Shown: positions 35,930 to 50,214, numbered from the whole stretch's first letter. The stretch is DNA of 61,752 bases, filler included, from Jimgerdemannia flammicorona (GCA_003990765.1; 2 parts of 2 records of this genome joined end to end with filler, not necessarily neighbours in it); one strand, 5' to 3'. Notes: a model not told the origin generated them from the sequence alone. Numbers and translations: made by a program.

Positions 35930-36844
35930 ATGCACAACAATTCCCGCATTCACAATCAAACCGCCCGCAGCCCGATCATGTCTCCTCTGCACTCAACCCT
36001 CGTCGTCCGCCGCGATATCCCGGACTCAAAGCGACTCTCTACTTCCTCGATGCTCAGCCCATCGATTGCCTTTGTGCTCCCGCATAATGGCACCGTCTAC
36101 CGCAAGTACAGCGACGGCGGTTTGACGAACGACGAAGACTTCCTCGTGGAGGCTTCGACGGGCCACATCGTCGCCAAGGCCACGCGCGGCAGCGGCTCGA
36201 ACCAGCTCGCCGCCATCGCGCTCTATGACACGGCAAGGCCGACCAAGACCCCGCGCGTCATTCAGGTCACTCGCCCCTCGGTGTTCCAGTCGAAGTACAC
36301 TTTCGAGTACGAGGGAATGATCTATCGATGGGGTTATGATGCTAACGCTGGGTTCGTGCCCAAGCGAAACCGTGACCTCTATCTCGACGTCATCGAGGAC
36401 GCGTCCATGGATATGATGGCCGACGACCGCAGCCCTGGGCTGCGCAGGAACATGGAGCATACTAGCCGTCCCGTTGCGAAGTTCACGAGGTCGAGGAACA
36501 CGCCGCAGGAGACCGAGGTTGCGGAGAGGCGCGGGTCCGTGTCCGCCTTCGTGACGGAGGAGATGGGGAAGATCGAGGTTAACTTCGGGGCGTTTGGCAG
36601 CAGGACGTTGTTTGACCCCAAGGGTTTGGAGATCCTGCTGGTGATGACGCTGGCGTTGGTGGACGAGGCCGTGTGCGAGAGCATATTCAAGAAGAGGAGC
36701 AGCTCCGAGACGAAGGTTGCGGCCGAGGCGGTTGTGACGGTTATGAAGAGCCTGAGCACGCCCAGGGTGGTAGTTTCGAAGAGTACGTCGAAGAAGGTGT
36801 TTGGCGGTTTCTTGGACACTAGGGGTAAGACGGTGGCGGTATGA
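35930..36844 (+). CDS. Hypothetical fungal protein, 304 aa (possibly DUF6593/LURP-one-like beta fold)
   Basis: Long intronless ORF with strong GC3 bias, an upstream TATATAAA near 35833, motifs YTFEYEGMIYRW and PVAKF, and a hydrophobic helix LEILLVMTL. Confidence 0.75.
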   Translation: MHNNSRIHNQTARSPIMSPLHSTLVVRRDIPDSKRLSTSSMLSPSIAFVLPHNGTVYRKYSDGGLTNDEDFLVEASTGHIVAKATRGSGSNQLAAIALYDTARPTKTPRVIQVTRPSVFQSKYTFEYEGMIYRWGYDANAGFVPKRNRDLYLDVIEDASMDMMADDRSPGLRRNMEHTSRPVAKFTRSRNTPQETEVAERRGSVSAFVTEEMGKIEVNFGAFGSRTLFDPKGLEILLVMTLALVDEAVCESIFKKRSSSETKVAAEAVVTVMKSLSTPRVVVSKSTSKKVFGGFLDTRGKTVAV

Positions 36845-38080
36845 GGGGTGGTCAATTTTGACACAAACACTTATATACACTCTTTGAACAATTCCGAAAT
36901 GACAATCACACTCTTTGAAATATAATATTTCCAACCCTTTGAACATTATTAATACTCGCATCCGCCAGACCGGATCACTCTTGTAAAAACAACAAAAAAG
37001 TTTGATGTAATATTACAAATGTACAATACTACTTACATATTTTCCTATGCTTTTAATCTCTGTTTTCTCTGTAGTTTTTCGTCTTCTGTTTTGACTCGAT
37101 ACATCACTTTCCTTCAATGGCAATTTATGTCGTGTAGTTCAAAAAGGATGTATTTGATCATCCCGTAACAATTTTCATATATATATATATATATATATAT
37201 AGTGAGAAAGAAAAAAAAAAAAAAAAAAAAAGGTTATTATATTTATATCACCAACCGATTAAATATATATATATATTATGAAAATTCGAACGCACTCTAT
37301 GATGTTGCTCATCTTATCTGTATCAATGTCGGGAAAGGAAAAGGGCCATTGAGGAATTACAATGTGCATGTATCAGAGAAACATACACAGATGCGCCCAG
37401 CTCAGAAAGCCATGCCGTTCGAGGCCGCCGAGGCGTTCGTCGCGGATTTCGAGGTCGTCGCCGCCGCGGCCAGGTGGACCGCCGAGGTGAGTTGCGTATA
37501 AGCGCTGCTTTCAGGTCGATCTCAAGTAGCCTGGCCCGAAGTGGAAAGGAATGTGAGGGTGATGGAGCTGCCCGATGTGAGCTGTGCCCCTCAACATGGG
37601 GGTTTCTGGCTAGCGCGACGGCGACCCCTGCAAGCCTTCTGGTCGATGACGTCAGGCCAATCCAAAACTCGCTGCCAGGTGACGTAAAACCCGCTCCCAT
37701 GGAGCAACTTGAACCTGACGAGTTCTCGCTAACGATGTACCGTGCATGATCTGCAGTGTAACAAGCAGGCTTGTGGTCACGGTGGAAAGTGATTCAAAGA
37801 TTGGGCCAGTCTCTTCTACCAAGAATCATGCAAATCAGTAATAGCTGGTTAACGGACGACATTTTAACTCTAGAAAGCATATCTCGCTCTCAACCCTTAT
37901 TTCAACATTCAATGAGGAAAATAAAATAAAAAAAAAAGCGATTACGAAAACGAAGAATAGCTTAAATGAGCTCACGAAGGAGTTTACCATAAACGAATAA
38001 TCATGATCATAAGTCTGCTGATTTCAAACGCCTTAAGACCCCTGCTGCTCTTCTAACAGCAACTCAACCCACATCAAACC

Positions 38081-39166
38081 ATGCTCCAACAACAATCCGA
38101 CCCGCATCAAACCATGCATACCTTCTCCCCTTCCATCAATTGCGACATGTTCTTCCGCCAAAAACTCTCGCAATTCTTGAAAAACCCATCGGACGCCAGT
38201 TTGCGCTTCGGAGCATTCCACGTCCAATGGTCCCATTATCTCCGCACACGCGATACCGCAGCCTCGTCACTTCCAAAGCTCGAGCCGCCCACCAAGGCCT
38301 CTGTTGCCGCCTGCTATCGCGAAACTCTCCCGCACCAATTCTACATTGACCAGTACCCATGGAATTCATGCCGTCTCGCTTCGACGCTCGTCGCCATCCT
38401 CTGCAGTGAGCAAAACCCTTCCCGGCTCGAGAAAGTCTTGCGCCTCAACATACACCTTCTCGGGGCCCCGACCCTGCACAACATGCACTTCACGCCCTCG
38501 CAAAACTTCCGTCCGGCCTTCGAGCGGGCGCGTGACGCCGCGCGGTCGTCACACGATCCGCGTTCGACCTGCCTCGCCGTGACGATTAATGACGTGGGGT
38601 GGAAGGAACTGCGCGAGACGGACGAACGGTCCGCGATGGAGTACGACTCGTTTTCGCACTCCTTTGCCATGCTCGTGTCACCCGCCGGCGTGAGCATGTT
38701 CCAGGGGTACGGCCCACCGAGGGGGTACCCGCTCCACGAGCAGATACGGACCTACCCGGACCCGATGCCGTTCGAAAGCGCCGAGAGGCTTATGCGCGAT
38801 TTCGAGCAAGTCGTTGCCGCGAGGGAGTGGACGTCTGAGGTCAACGCCGCGAGCATGCGGTGCTTCCGGGTCGATCTGCTTGACCGGCAGCAGGGGTGGA
38901 GGGGTTTGTGTCCGCGGATCAGGCTGTGGGTCCAGTTCGTCGAGCTGCCGGACGTCACGGAGAAAGGGATAGAGGCCATGGCGGGGTGGTTCAATAGGGA
39001 TGACGAAGGGTTTGAGGAGAGCGTGGGCGGAAAGATGCAGACGCACTTTATGGGCCTCATGCCGGAGGGACCGGCGTCGAAGATGGCCAATGATTTGATC
39101 GAGGCGGGGTTGCCGGGGGTACTGGCAATAGCAATGGCATTTGGTGGGTCGCCGAATGTAGAGTAG
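38081..39166 (+). CDS. Hypothetical protein, 361 aa, with a candidate Cys-His-Gln papain-like triad
   Basis: Intronless GC-rich ORF; WNSC97, FSH193SF and MFQ208GYG. Confidence 0.75.
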   Translation: MLQQQSDPHQTMHTFSPSINCDMFFRQKLSQFLKNPSDASLRFGAFHVQWSHYLRTRDTAASSLPKLEPPTKASVAACYRETLPHQFYIDQYPWNSCRLASTLVAILCSEQNPSRLEKVLRLNIHLLGAPTLHNMHFTPSQNFRPAFERARDAARSSHDPRSTCLAVTINDVGWKELRETDERSAMEYDSFSHSFAMLVSPAGVSMFQGYGPPRGYPLHEQIRTYPDPMPFESAERLMRDFEQVVAAREWTSEVNAASMRCFRVDLLDRQQGWRGLCPRIRLWVQFVELPDVTEKGIEAMAGWFNRDDEGFEESVGGKMQTHFMGLMPEGPASKMANDLIEAGLPGVLAIAMAFGGSPNVE

Positions 39167-39349
39167 CCAAATGACACGACATAGGTGAGATTTTTGGTTA
39201 GAGGTGATTGCGTCTGGCATTATACTTAGCGAGAAAGGCACCTCAATGTATACACGCCCATGCATTATGGCATATTAAAGCACAATACATATTGTAACAA
39301 TCAGAATCATTTCGCTTGTCGATTCATAAAAGTTATTCTTGTTGTGAGT

Positions 39350-42300
39350 ACAATGGTGTTTCAAAGATACTAGTATAACTGTTAGTATTTCTTGTTACTA
39401 ATTTGGACTATTGTATTTACTTGTTTGTTTATTTATATACTGAACTAAACTGTCATTTACTTATATAAATAGTTGGGTATTGTGTTATTTAAGTTTAGCC
39501 TAAATATGTTACTGTTTATATTATTATTAATTTTGAAGTAGAAATTGCAGGTCATTTAAAGTATAGAGAATATAATAATCCTCTATATTTTATTTTTCTT
39601 TTTGCTGAATTATCATCTTTTCATTAGGAAAAAAAACTTCAGTTTACATTTACTAGTTTGTGTTTTATAGCTGTTCAAGTTTGTATTATTTAATATAGTT
39701 CAAGTTTATAGCTATTTAGTTCATATTATTATATATTTCTATCTATATACTTACTATTTAGTTCATATAGCTGTATCATCAAGAAAACAAATCTGTTAGC
39801 ATCTACTAGTTTATGTTTATAGTTATTCAAGTTTATATCATAAAATTATAGTTTATATATTGTACTTTCTGTTCATATTCTTAACAATTTAGTTTACAAA
39901 ATATACAGAAATTTGAGACTTAGATTGGGACTGATAAGCATAACTATCTAAATAAGAAAAATAATAAACAAATAGTATTTATTATCAAGATGAATCTGTG
40001 ACTCAACTGTTCTAATTTTCTAAATAATATTCTTAATACTATCAATAAAATCCAGATATTTATTACTTTTTTTTTTTTTAGATTAAATCTTTCATTTAGT
40101 ATTAAGTTGGACCAATACACCTATACACTTCACAATTATATATATTTATACTATATTACACCTCTGCTTTTCATAATCCTATATACCTGCAATCTCACAC
40201 CCACTCTCACAACCTGGTGCTATATTCTCACTCTTTACAACCCTATATGACCTACACTACCTACCCACCCTTTGCATTTTTTTCATTAGGTTTAAAAATA
40301 GAGGTGATAGCAAACACCTCACATGTACCAGCATAGCACATGTATTCCCAATAACATGTATTCAGAAAACTCAGAGAGATACTCCAAGGCCATCAGAAAG
40401 CAGTGAGTTGAGACTCTTAATGAGTAGAACCCATAAATATTTCTGTATCCCTAAAGTAGAGCTCTTATCATTACCTTTATCTGTCAGTCTTCTAAGACTT
40501 CACAAGACCCAAATAATACTGATGACCTTTGGTCTGTTTTTATATTCAAAACTAGACTGCAAAATACAAATACTTAGAGTTGAAGAATCAAGAAGCACTT
40601 CAGTACCCAACCAAACAAAGTACTACTCCCCTTTTTCTCAACCATTGTAGGCTCCAATATGAGAAGATGCCAGTTCAACTTGACCTCCACATACCCCAAT
40701 TTCACAGAATCACATTTTTGCAAGGCCATAATAACTATATCTAAGACTCTTGCTCCATATCTTCCTTTTTAACTCTTCTTTTTTTCAGCCCCCTCTGGCT
40801 ATACATGACTATGGATATATATATCTAAGCCCAGATAACACTACTGGGCAGAGTTGAGATAAGAGACAGGCCAAGGAAAGTAAAGAGTAGAATATAGAAA
40901 TCAGAAATAGATATGAGTGCCTGGGATCTTGCTCAATGGCCCAATAAGATTGGTTTGTATAAAGTGAGAGATTTGATGTCTAAGCAGACTGAACTGCTTG
41001 ATGATGACCAAGTGTGAGTGAAATGCACAAGAGCAGTACCAAAGGGTATTATTTATCAAAATAAAGGGTTCTCTCAGGGTATTCTAAATTATATAATAAA
41101 ATAGGGTTAATAGCATTTGGTTTAGAAGATATCATTTGGAACTCACTAATCTTAGTCAGGTATAAAGGTGAGAGGTGTTCATATTCTCATGATGACCTCT
41201 CTATTGTTGGAAATATCACTGAGGTATTTATTACTATATAGACAAAATGGAAAGAAATATAAATTATAGCCAATAAAGGATTATTTTGTGAGAATAATAC
41301 TATTACTACCTCTAGCTAGTAATGAAGCATCCTCCAATGATAAAGAATGAATCTTAATAAAATAAAAAGCTACTGTTAGTGCCAAAAAAAATATTAAGTA
41401 TCAAAAGTAATAGTAACTTCTAAAGAAAGTTAAATAGACTAATAAAGTCAATAAAATACTTTAATAAATTGATACTACTCTTAGATGAGCTCAAGATACA
41501 GTTTCTGGATAAAACTTAGAGTTAATAAACTTAATCAGAATATACTCTGAATTGTATGAATATATTATCAATACTACTTTTAAGGATATTATTGTGGAAA
41601 ATCATCTATTTAGTAAAAATTATAATATAATAAATAAATTCAGCACAATAAGACTAAGAAAAAATAAGAAATAGTAATTGCTCATTTGGTTAAAAAAAGT
41701 ACTACTTTATCTTACTAGAAGAGAAGAAGACTAATAGCAAAACAATATAGTCAAAAAAGTATATCAGATTTATGATATAACTTTTCATCTAAATGGAATT
41801 TAACTTAAATATAAAAAGGTGAGATATATTTACTATGCAAAATATATCTATAATGAATCTGCAAACTATATTATAAATACTACTATACTATAAAAACTAT
41901 GAATAATAAATACCATAAATACTATATATAAAAATCTCAACTTATATCAATAAAGATTTTATTTCAATAATAATATATAGATTCTTATATGTATTATATA
42001 TAATTCATTATTAAATATATGTATACTCCTAATACTACTATATACTTCTTAAATAAAAACTATTCATAATTACAAGTAATACTAAGTTTGTATAACTATA
42101 TTTTTGTTTTATATACTTGACTATTTAGTCCAACTATATGTTTATAAATAAAATATATATTTAAAAAAGTTTCTCTCATTATATACTATCTATACTTATT
42201 TATTAAATATGAATAAAAAAAATATGTATTCAATTTATCCACTAAGTTTTTTTTTACTGAATTATATTCCTCAAACAAGAGTTATATATATATTATATAA

Positions 42301-43262
42301 ATAATTATATCTACAAATATAATATTGAACTGCCCAGTCTATATAGTGATAGCTATTCCTGTCTCATAATTATAAGAGACTATATTTTTAGTACTAAAAT
42401 CCTCAATATTTACTATATTATACTACTTCAAGTATATGAGTTAATAGACTTATCAATCTTACTTGATTTTGAAGAGAAGGCAAACTTAAGCAAAAAGATA
42501 TTTATCTATATCTTATCTTATCTCAAACTACTTGTCTGTAAGATCATATAATACTATTTAGTTATATTATGAACTTTTGTAAAACTGTTGTTTATAGTGG
42601 ACAAGTTGGTGAAATATAGCTAAACCTAATTTTATATCTACAAATAAATTATGAACTCTAATTGATAAAGTGATAAAGATATTAATCTATAGAAATCAAG
42701 AAGAGATATTGGAAATATTATAAAAAAGTTTACAGATCAGCTTAGTATAAATAACTTACTATTGAATTTAAAAGTTTGAGAAAATTCTTTTTATTTACTT
42801 AATAATAATATCTATTTCTAGATATAAACTAAAAATTATAAAAAAAAATATCTAAGTAGTAAGTTCAAAATTACATAGTTCAAATAATTTTGAAACTCAT
42901 TAATATAGAGTATTACTAGTACTCAGATTCCAGTATTTTATAGTTATTAATAAGCTTGAGATATCTATAAGCTTACTAATTATAATATAATTAAGCTTGT
43001 TCTTAAGTACTATTTGGTACTCTACAAACTTAATAACTTAGGGAAAAGGATCATATTTATTTGTTTATTAATATAGTAACTTAACTTTTATATAATATTA
43101 ATATTCAATTATCTCTATATCAGTATTATCTAGTATATATATTAAATGTTTAAGTTAACTCAGAAATATACTGCAGAGAGTAGAGTTTTTCAAAGTTTAG
43201 CAAACTTGGTAAAATCTCTGCAAATTACTCTTTTAGTTCATTGAATTGAAATAATAGTAAAT
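39350..43262. other. AT-rich, CpG-depleted degenerate repeat region (family unresolved)
   Basis: Abrupt compositional switch after the 38081 gene; no intact ORFs. Confidence 0.5.
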
Positions 43263-44520
43263 TATAACATGCCAACTCAATGGAGGCAAATTACAAAGTT
43301 GGAGATTGATGTAGTTTAGCTTGAGTCCTCAGTTACTTTGTTAAAAAGTAACAAGATGTTCTAAGATTCCTAAAGTCCTTAGTGTTTAGTGGTATAATAG
43401 TCAAAGCTAGATATCTGCAAGTAATTTATGTGTCAATTTCCTAATTGGGATGGTTCTCTAGATATAGTGGTGATTTGTATATATGAACAGGTTTCCTTCT
43501 TAGGTCAATTAGGAATGTTGCAATTTTGTATAGTGAGGTAATCTCCAAAAGTATATGATTTCTAGTATATCAATCTCTTGTATAGCATGACAATCTTCCA
43601 AGCATAATGGTCTAGCAATTTAGAGGTTCTTCTTTTTGGATGGCAGGTAATCTCTGTATAGCATGGTAGGTTTCTTATGCAGAATGTTCTGATAATTTGA
43701 CAGGTAGCTTGATTTGGCTCACTGGGAATTATACTGGCATGATTTCTTCTGTACTAGGCTTACTGAGAACAATGGATAGCTTAGATGGCATGAATTAGGC
43801 TCTTCTGAGAATATGGATGACTAGAAAATGGCAAATGACACAGATTCTCCTGAATCAGTAGACTTCAACTGAGAATGCAGGTAACTTGGAAATAGTAGCT
43901 TATTTTTTAAGTGGCAGATTACTCAAAAGATGGTAAAGTTCTTCTTTGAACTTGGGTGACAAATCTTCAGGCTTATCTGGCAAGTGAACCAATAATAATA
44001 ATTCCAAAAGTGGCAAAGTTCTTTACTCAAACTTGGTAGCAAAATCTTCAAGCTTTATATTGGAAAGTAGACTGGAGTGGAGAAATATGCTCACAATCTC
44101 CTAGCAGTGACTGTAGAGTTCCTCTCGAAGTGTAGTAGGCAGACTTGTCTTTTGCTTCAATTTTGGACTGAGGTTTATTCACTCTTATCTCTGGGGTAAT
44201 TTATATAAGTTGGTTGCTATCTGGTTGCTATGTAACTAACTATAGATCTGCTACTTATGGCAGATGTACAGAGTCTGTATGGTGTACAGGTCTTGTATAG
44301 TATACAGAGTCTGTATGGTGTACAGAGTCTGTACAGATAAACAGACCCTATCTGGTATGTCTGGCTAATTATATAGTTTCTACAGCAATGGTTGCTAGTT
44401 ACTATACTGTGTGCTTACATCATCATTGTTTATGTTATCTGGCTAAGATATGATTCAGGTGATATGTCTTGGTTTGTTATATCAGCTCCTACTGAAGGAT
44501 AGTCTGTCCCAGACTATTCT

Positions 44521-45041
44521 TCAGTCATCATCCCAATAAGCATAGACTGCTTCTGCATCTATATCTATTCCATCATCTTTGTTGTCTGTACTAGAGTTGC
44601 TCCATTCTAAAGGTTCTTCTTCTTCTTCAGGGAATAGGACTTCAACAGCATTGATGAGACTCAAATAGGTAGTAGGGTTCATTCCTTGAATATCATTCAG
44701 AGAGAACTATACCTATATCTGAGCTGTGACATTTTGTTTGTAAATAGTGTATAGTCTGTCTGTGGTAGTAGTGTCTCTTCTGGTCAGACCAGTGGTATTC
44801 CTGATATAGGTCTGTTCTGGAGCCAGGAGGTTCTGCAATTGTTTGCCAATTGTATAATAGGCCTGCAGTTGGTGGATTTGTAGTAGACATCTGGCCAAGG
44901 TGAGATTTTCTTGGTGGACTTGGATCTTCTGAAGAGAGTTTCCATTAGCTTGGCTTGGCCAAATTGAGGTAGAGGAACTGGTAGGGCCTGGAAGGAGCTG
45001 AGGACCAATGTCTGGAGATGCTGATCAATCTTTTGGCTCAT
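44521..45041 (-). pseudogene. Accessory ORF of element C between integrase and the 3' LTR (start uncertain)
   Basis: QLQAYYTIGKQLQ...TTDRLYTIYKQ...FSLNDIQGMNPTTYLSLINAVEVLFPEEEEE...AYWDDD*. Confidence 0.6.
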
Positions 45042-45149
45042 GGTGTAGAGGAAAGATATAGTTTGAGATGATTGGTATGTACTGGTATTCTCAGGATTTG
45101 TCCATCCATGCTTCTTAAATAGATGCTGGTTCCTCTGATGTTGTATATA

Positions 45150-47560
45150 AGATAAGGTCTTTCTTATTTGGGTTCCAATTTGGCAGCAAAATTCATTTCA
45201 ATCATATTTCTCCAAACTAGTACTTGATCTCCAATCTTGATCTTCTGATCCTTCTGTTTTTGGTTATAGTACTTCTTTTATCTTTCTTGGGCTTTAATAA
45301 TCTGACCTTGGGCTTGATTATATAGCTATTCTGCCTTCTTGAGGAGGTCTCCAAGATTCTCATAGTCAGTAGTTCTGGTTTTCTTGGCAAACATCATTTT
45401 GAATGACTTTTGTTTAGTAGAGGTAACAGGGGTGTTCTGAATTTCCCATAGGATCTTGGGTAAGCAGAGGTCCCAATTAGTAGGATTGACTTGGGCAAGT
45501 CCTCTCTTGATGGTCTGGTTCATTCTTTCTGTTATGCCATTGGTCTGAGAGTAGTATGATATGGTCTGCTTGAGGTAGATCTTATGAATTTGAGTATAAC
45601 TTGTGATTATGTTATTGATGAATTCTGTGCCTTAGTCAGAGATGAGTTCTTCTGGGAGTCCATATCTGAGTGTGAGTCCATAAAGGAGGCCTACAATAGT
45701 TAAGGCATCTGCAATTTCTATTGAAAAGGCCTTGGACCACTTGGTCAGATGTTCTACAAGTATAAGGATATATTTGTTTCTTCTTGGTATAATTGATAGA
45801 GGTCTAATTATATCTACTCCTCATCTTTGAAAGATGTGAGTGGGTGGAGGAATTGGTTGCAGAGGGGCCTGATAGTTCTTTTTTCCTTAGTATTTCTGGC
45901 AGGTATCACATTTTTGAATGATATCTCAGACTTATACTCTGAGGTGGGGCCAATGTTGATATTGTTTTTGAATCTTGTCTTCTGTACTTGTCTGTCTTTG
46001 GTAGGCTTTCTGGTGTTCTTGTCAGATGAGATCTTCTTATTCCTTGATAGTCACAGGGACTTCCTTTAGGGTGTAGTTCCTTGGGACACCCTTCTTCTGG
46101 TTCATTGAGACTGGTGGGAAAGTGTATCAACATTGTTGTGAGCTTTCTCTGCTTTGTAGATGATGGTGATTTTGTAATCCTGAAGGATAAGAATCCAGTG
46201 GGCTAGAATTCTGGTGAGTTCCTTGTGGTTGAATAGCTATTTGAGAGCTGCATGGTCTGTGATCAGGGTGAACCTTTTTCCAATGAGGTAATGTTTAAAC
46301 AGGGTGACCACCCATATGACTGTAAGATATTCTAGTTTGGTACTACCATAGTTCATCTGCTGCTGATTGGTAGCTCTGCTTGTATAAGCTATTACATAGT
46401 ACTATTGATTGGGTCCTTCTTGGGCTAGAACTACCCCAAGGCCATCTTTAGAAGTATCTGTATATAAGATAAATGGCTTCTGTATATTGGGGTGCACAAG
46501 GATTGGTGCTGTAGTTATGTGGTTCTTGAGTTCTCTGAAGGCTTTTTCTTGTGTTTCTGTCTATTTGAATGGCACTTCTTTCTTGAGAAGAATTCAGATT
46601 GGGGCAGCAATTTGGGCAAAGTCTTTGATAAACCTTCTGTAGTAGGATACTAGTATCAGAAATAATAGTGTTTCCTTTGGGGTTTTGGGTACTGGCCAAT
46701 TGTTGATCTTCTCAGTTTTCTTTAGGTCTGTATGGGTTCCTTCTTTCAAGACTATGAATTCAAGGAATTCGAGTTTCTGTTTTCCAAAGTAGTATTTCTT
46801 TGCATTCAGCCTCAAGTGGTTCTTGCAGGTGAGCTTGAAGAATTCCTCTAGATGGTACAGGTGTTCTTCAAAATTTGCTGAATAGATATTGGAATCATCC
46901 ATGTATACAATCAGACAGTGGTGGATCAAGGGGGCATAGACTGAATTCATCATCCTCTGGAAGGTGGGGGGTGCATTGCAAAGTCCAAAGGCCATTCAGA
47001 GGTACTCAAACAGTTTTTCTAGAACAAGGAAGGCTGTCTTTTGAATGTCCTTGGGGTCCATGGAGATCTCATGGAATCCTGCAAAGAGGTCCATACTGCT
47101 GAAGTATCTGGCATCTTGTAACTGATCCAAGAGGTCATCAATTCTGGGCAGAGGATAGGTATCCTTTTTGATGACTGAATTGAGTTTCCTGTAATCCATG
47201 CAGAGTCTTCATCCTCCTTTCTTTGGTACAATAAGTATAGGGCTGGCCCAGGAGCTAATAGAGGGTCAGATGACCCCATTGTCTAAGAGTTCTTGAATGT
47301 GCTCTTTTTCAAATGTTTTCAAGTAATGGGGTATTCTATAGGATTTCTGTCAGATGGGTGTTGCATTTCCTATATTTATGCTGTAGTGATATAATGGATT
47401 GTATGACAGATTACCATAATCAATAGTGAAGATATCTTGATATTTGTTGAGAAGTTCTACTAGTTGTTGCTGTTGTTGAGATGTTAATTCTTCTCCAATA
47501 TTGGTGGAAGGCTTCACTGTCTCCTGGGTCACAGAGGGGCCTTTCCTTTCTTCTGAGATC
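45150..47560 (-). pseudogene. RT, RNase H and integrase of element C
   Basis: MDYRKLN..YPLPRIDDLL, MAFGLCNAP.TFQR, YMDD, YTDTS, ISD*GTEF. Confidence 0.92.
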
Positions 47561-50214
47561 TTTTGCCATTTTCCAATAGGTTTAGTTCATAAACTTCTCT
47601 ATGAGTTCAGTTGAGAAAAGGTATCAGATGTCCTATGATGGTTCCTTTTAGCAGGATGATGGTCTCCCAACTTTGGTTGGTTACTCAGGAGTGTACTGAA
47701 TCCATCTTGTCAGAGAATGTGTATCCTTCTATGTCCAGATGTGGGATATCTTCCTTGGGTTCAAAGAAAAGGTTCCTGGAGTTGGGTGGTGCAAAGATTT
47801 CAAAGGTAGTTTGTTCTTCAGGCTTCAGGATAAGATTCTTGTGCAGTCTGACTGATTGCTGGTATACTTGCTGGAGAATATTCCTCTTGAGGTGGTTGAC
47901 TTGAAGATGTACTTCCTTTCTATCTGAACTTTCAAATCTCTTGGTATAAGAGGGTTGCTTTTTAGGATAACCATTACATAGTTCTGGGAGAGTTTTCTAG
48001 AAGTTCTGGATATTCTGGAAGACCATTTTCTTATAGTTAGGATCAATTTCATATGGAGTACGTCCTCTATGCTTATTGATTTCAAGATTGGATTGACATC
48101 TCAACCAAAGTCCCTTTCTGGACTAGTTCTGGATGTTCAGGATTTTCTGTATTTCAGAAAGTTCAAGAGACTAAGACCAGCTTAGTTAAATTGGTGTATC
48201 GCTGCAGACAATACCCAATTAGGAAATTTCGTGATGGGGTTAGGAGTGGGACCTAATGGGGAGTGGATTTACTTAAGAGGGGTTTGTGGGTTATTATATA
48301 GATTTATTCACTATTCATGATATTGCTATTCTAGGAATAGTTGTGTGAAGGGGTATTGTGGGGAAGTGTTCAGGAATGTTCTTGTGTATTCGAGTCTGTT
48401 CAAGTCTGAGATTCTGAGGTCTGGGGGAGGGGGTATTTATACTAGTGAGGGGCTATCTGGACTATGCTAAATATGGATGTAGCACTAAGTACCTTGCTGA
48501 GTTGGAATGCAGTCACATAGTACAAGAGTGATCTGATATATTAAGAGATCATCTGACTGCTGAGTCAGTTTACAGTCACATCATACAAGGCTAATCTAAC
48601 TATGCTATAACTGCTAAGCTATTTATAGTTTTAGGCACTGTCTGGGTAGTCTTTGATGATATCACCATCAATTGCATTATCTCTGATGAAGTAGTCATCT
48701 AGGAAGAGTGGTTCGCAGATTACTTCTCCTTGTTCACTGAGGTAGTAATATATTGGGACTTTGTCTCTATCCCACAAGATGTCATTGTCTGTCTTGTATG
48801 CTGGATAGAGTGTTGGTGAGTGAAAGAGGGGTGTATCATCTTCACTTTTATCAGATTCACTATCTACATACCTTCTGTAGGTTACAATACTATGAGTCAT
48901 GGGATTGTAGTAAGCTGGTGGCTGTGGTTCATATTACTCATATTCAGGTGGTGGAGTGGTTGGTTTCATGTCAAGGGTTGTCTGAAGATACAGATTGTGT
49001 TCTCTGGTCTCTTCATTGTAGTTGAAGTAGTCAGGAGTAAATATAGGTTGGTATTCATGCCAGTGGTCATTGTCCTAATAAGTCTCATAGATGGTTATGA
49101 ACTGTTGTAAGTCCATCGGCAAGGTTGGCAGTGTGATCAGAGTTGGTAGAGATCCTTGGCTAGAGTCATGTTGATGTCAGAGGGATCATTGTCTTCTGCT
49201 TCATCTTCATCAAAGTGGATTATATCATAGACATTCTTCATAGTATAACCAACTTGAGATATTTGCAGAATATGGTCATCAGAGTGCAGGAAGGTTCTGT
49301 CTGTAGTTTCAACATACTCAAGGTACTTGTGGTTGAGTTCTTGTATCATGTCATTGATTTAGCCATAGGACAGAGTAGCAACTATTTTGGCGGTAGTAAC
49401 TCAGAGGTAGAGAATAAAGGTACTGTACTCATAGAAGAGTTCTTAGTGTTTATTGGCAATGAGCTTCTGGTATTGAGACATCTGGATAATGTCTGTATCA
49501 TGGTGGTATTTGACCATATCTTCTAGGAGGTGGCCAATCTGATAGTAGCTTGAGATTTATCTGATTCAGTGGGCCTCATTAAGCATGTTCAGGGCATTCC
49601 ATCGGGCTTCCACAAAGTAGAGGGATGCTAGGCTATGGATATTTATGAGGAGTGGAGGGGATGTCACTCAGTTGACAATGGCATTCCAAATGTTAGCGTA
49701 GATATAGTTGTAGATCTCTGTGGTCATATTTGTATATTTAGAAGTTGTGATTGTTATTTGTTTTGGTTCTCTGTTTCGATACATCTCAGAGCTCAGTATA
49801 TATATATTTGATCCTGATTGGTAAGATTCCATTTGTGTGAATCTTGTGTTCCATGACTTCATATTGACTTAGCTTTGTAATCAAGCAGGTGATTTCCAGA
49901 TTTGTTTGACAGTCATGTGTGATTTCGGTGGCTTGTTCAGAGAGTGACATGTGATTTCAGTGGCTTGGAGGTTGTGCGCTTACAACTCTCCCCTTCTTAG
50001 CTTTCAACATCCTCATCGGGGCCTTCTAATTTTGCTCAGTGGTATGGAGAGAATAGGCTTGCTTTCAGTTTGCTATTTTTTTAGAGAGTCAGTATTCTTG
50101 TCTTGTTTTGCTGAGTTCTTGATTAGATTCATGATAATTATAATATTCAGGAGAGTAATATATAGTATGTACTGATAGGTGTTGGAGTATTCAGATTTCA
50201 GTTATTCAAGGAAT

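Noticed and set aside
36026..36961. 311-aa minus-strand ORF (also 38678..39265 and 11951..12385)
   Set aside because: Antisense shadows of GC3-rich genes on the other strand.
39350..43262. Possible KDZ/Plavaka/CACTA transposase relic that could explain the TET cargo
   Set aside because: No diagnostic motif is recoverable by eye, and it lies on the other contig.
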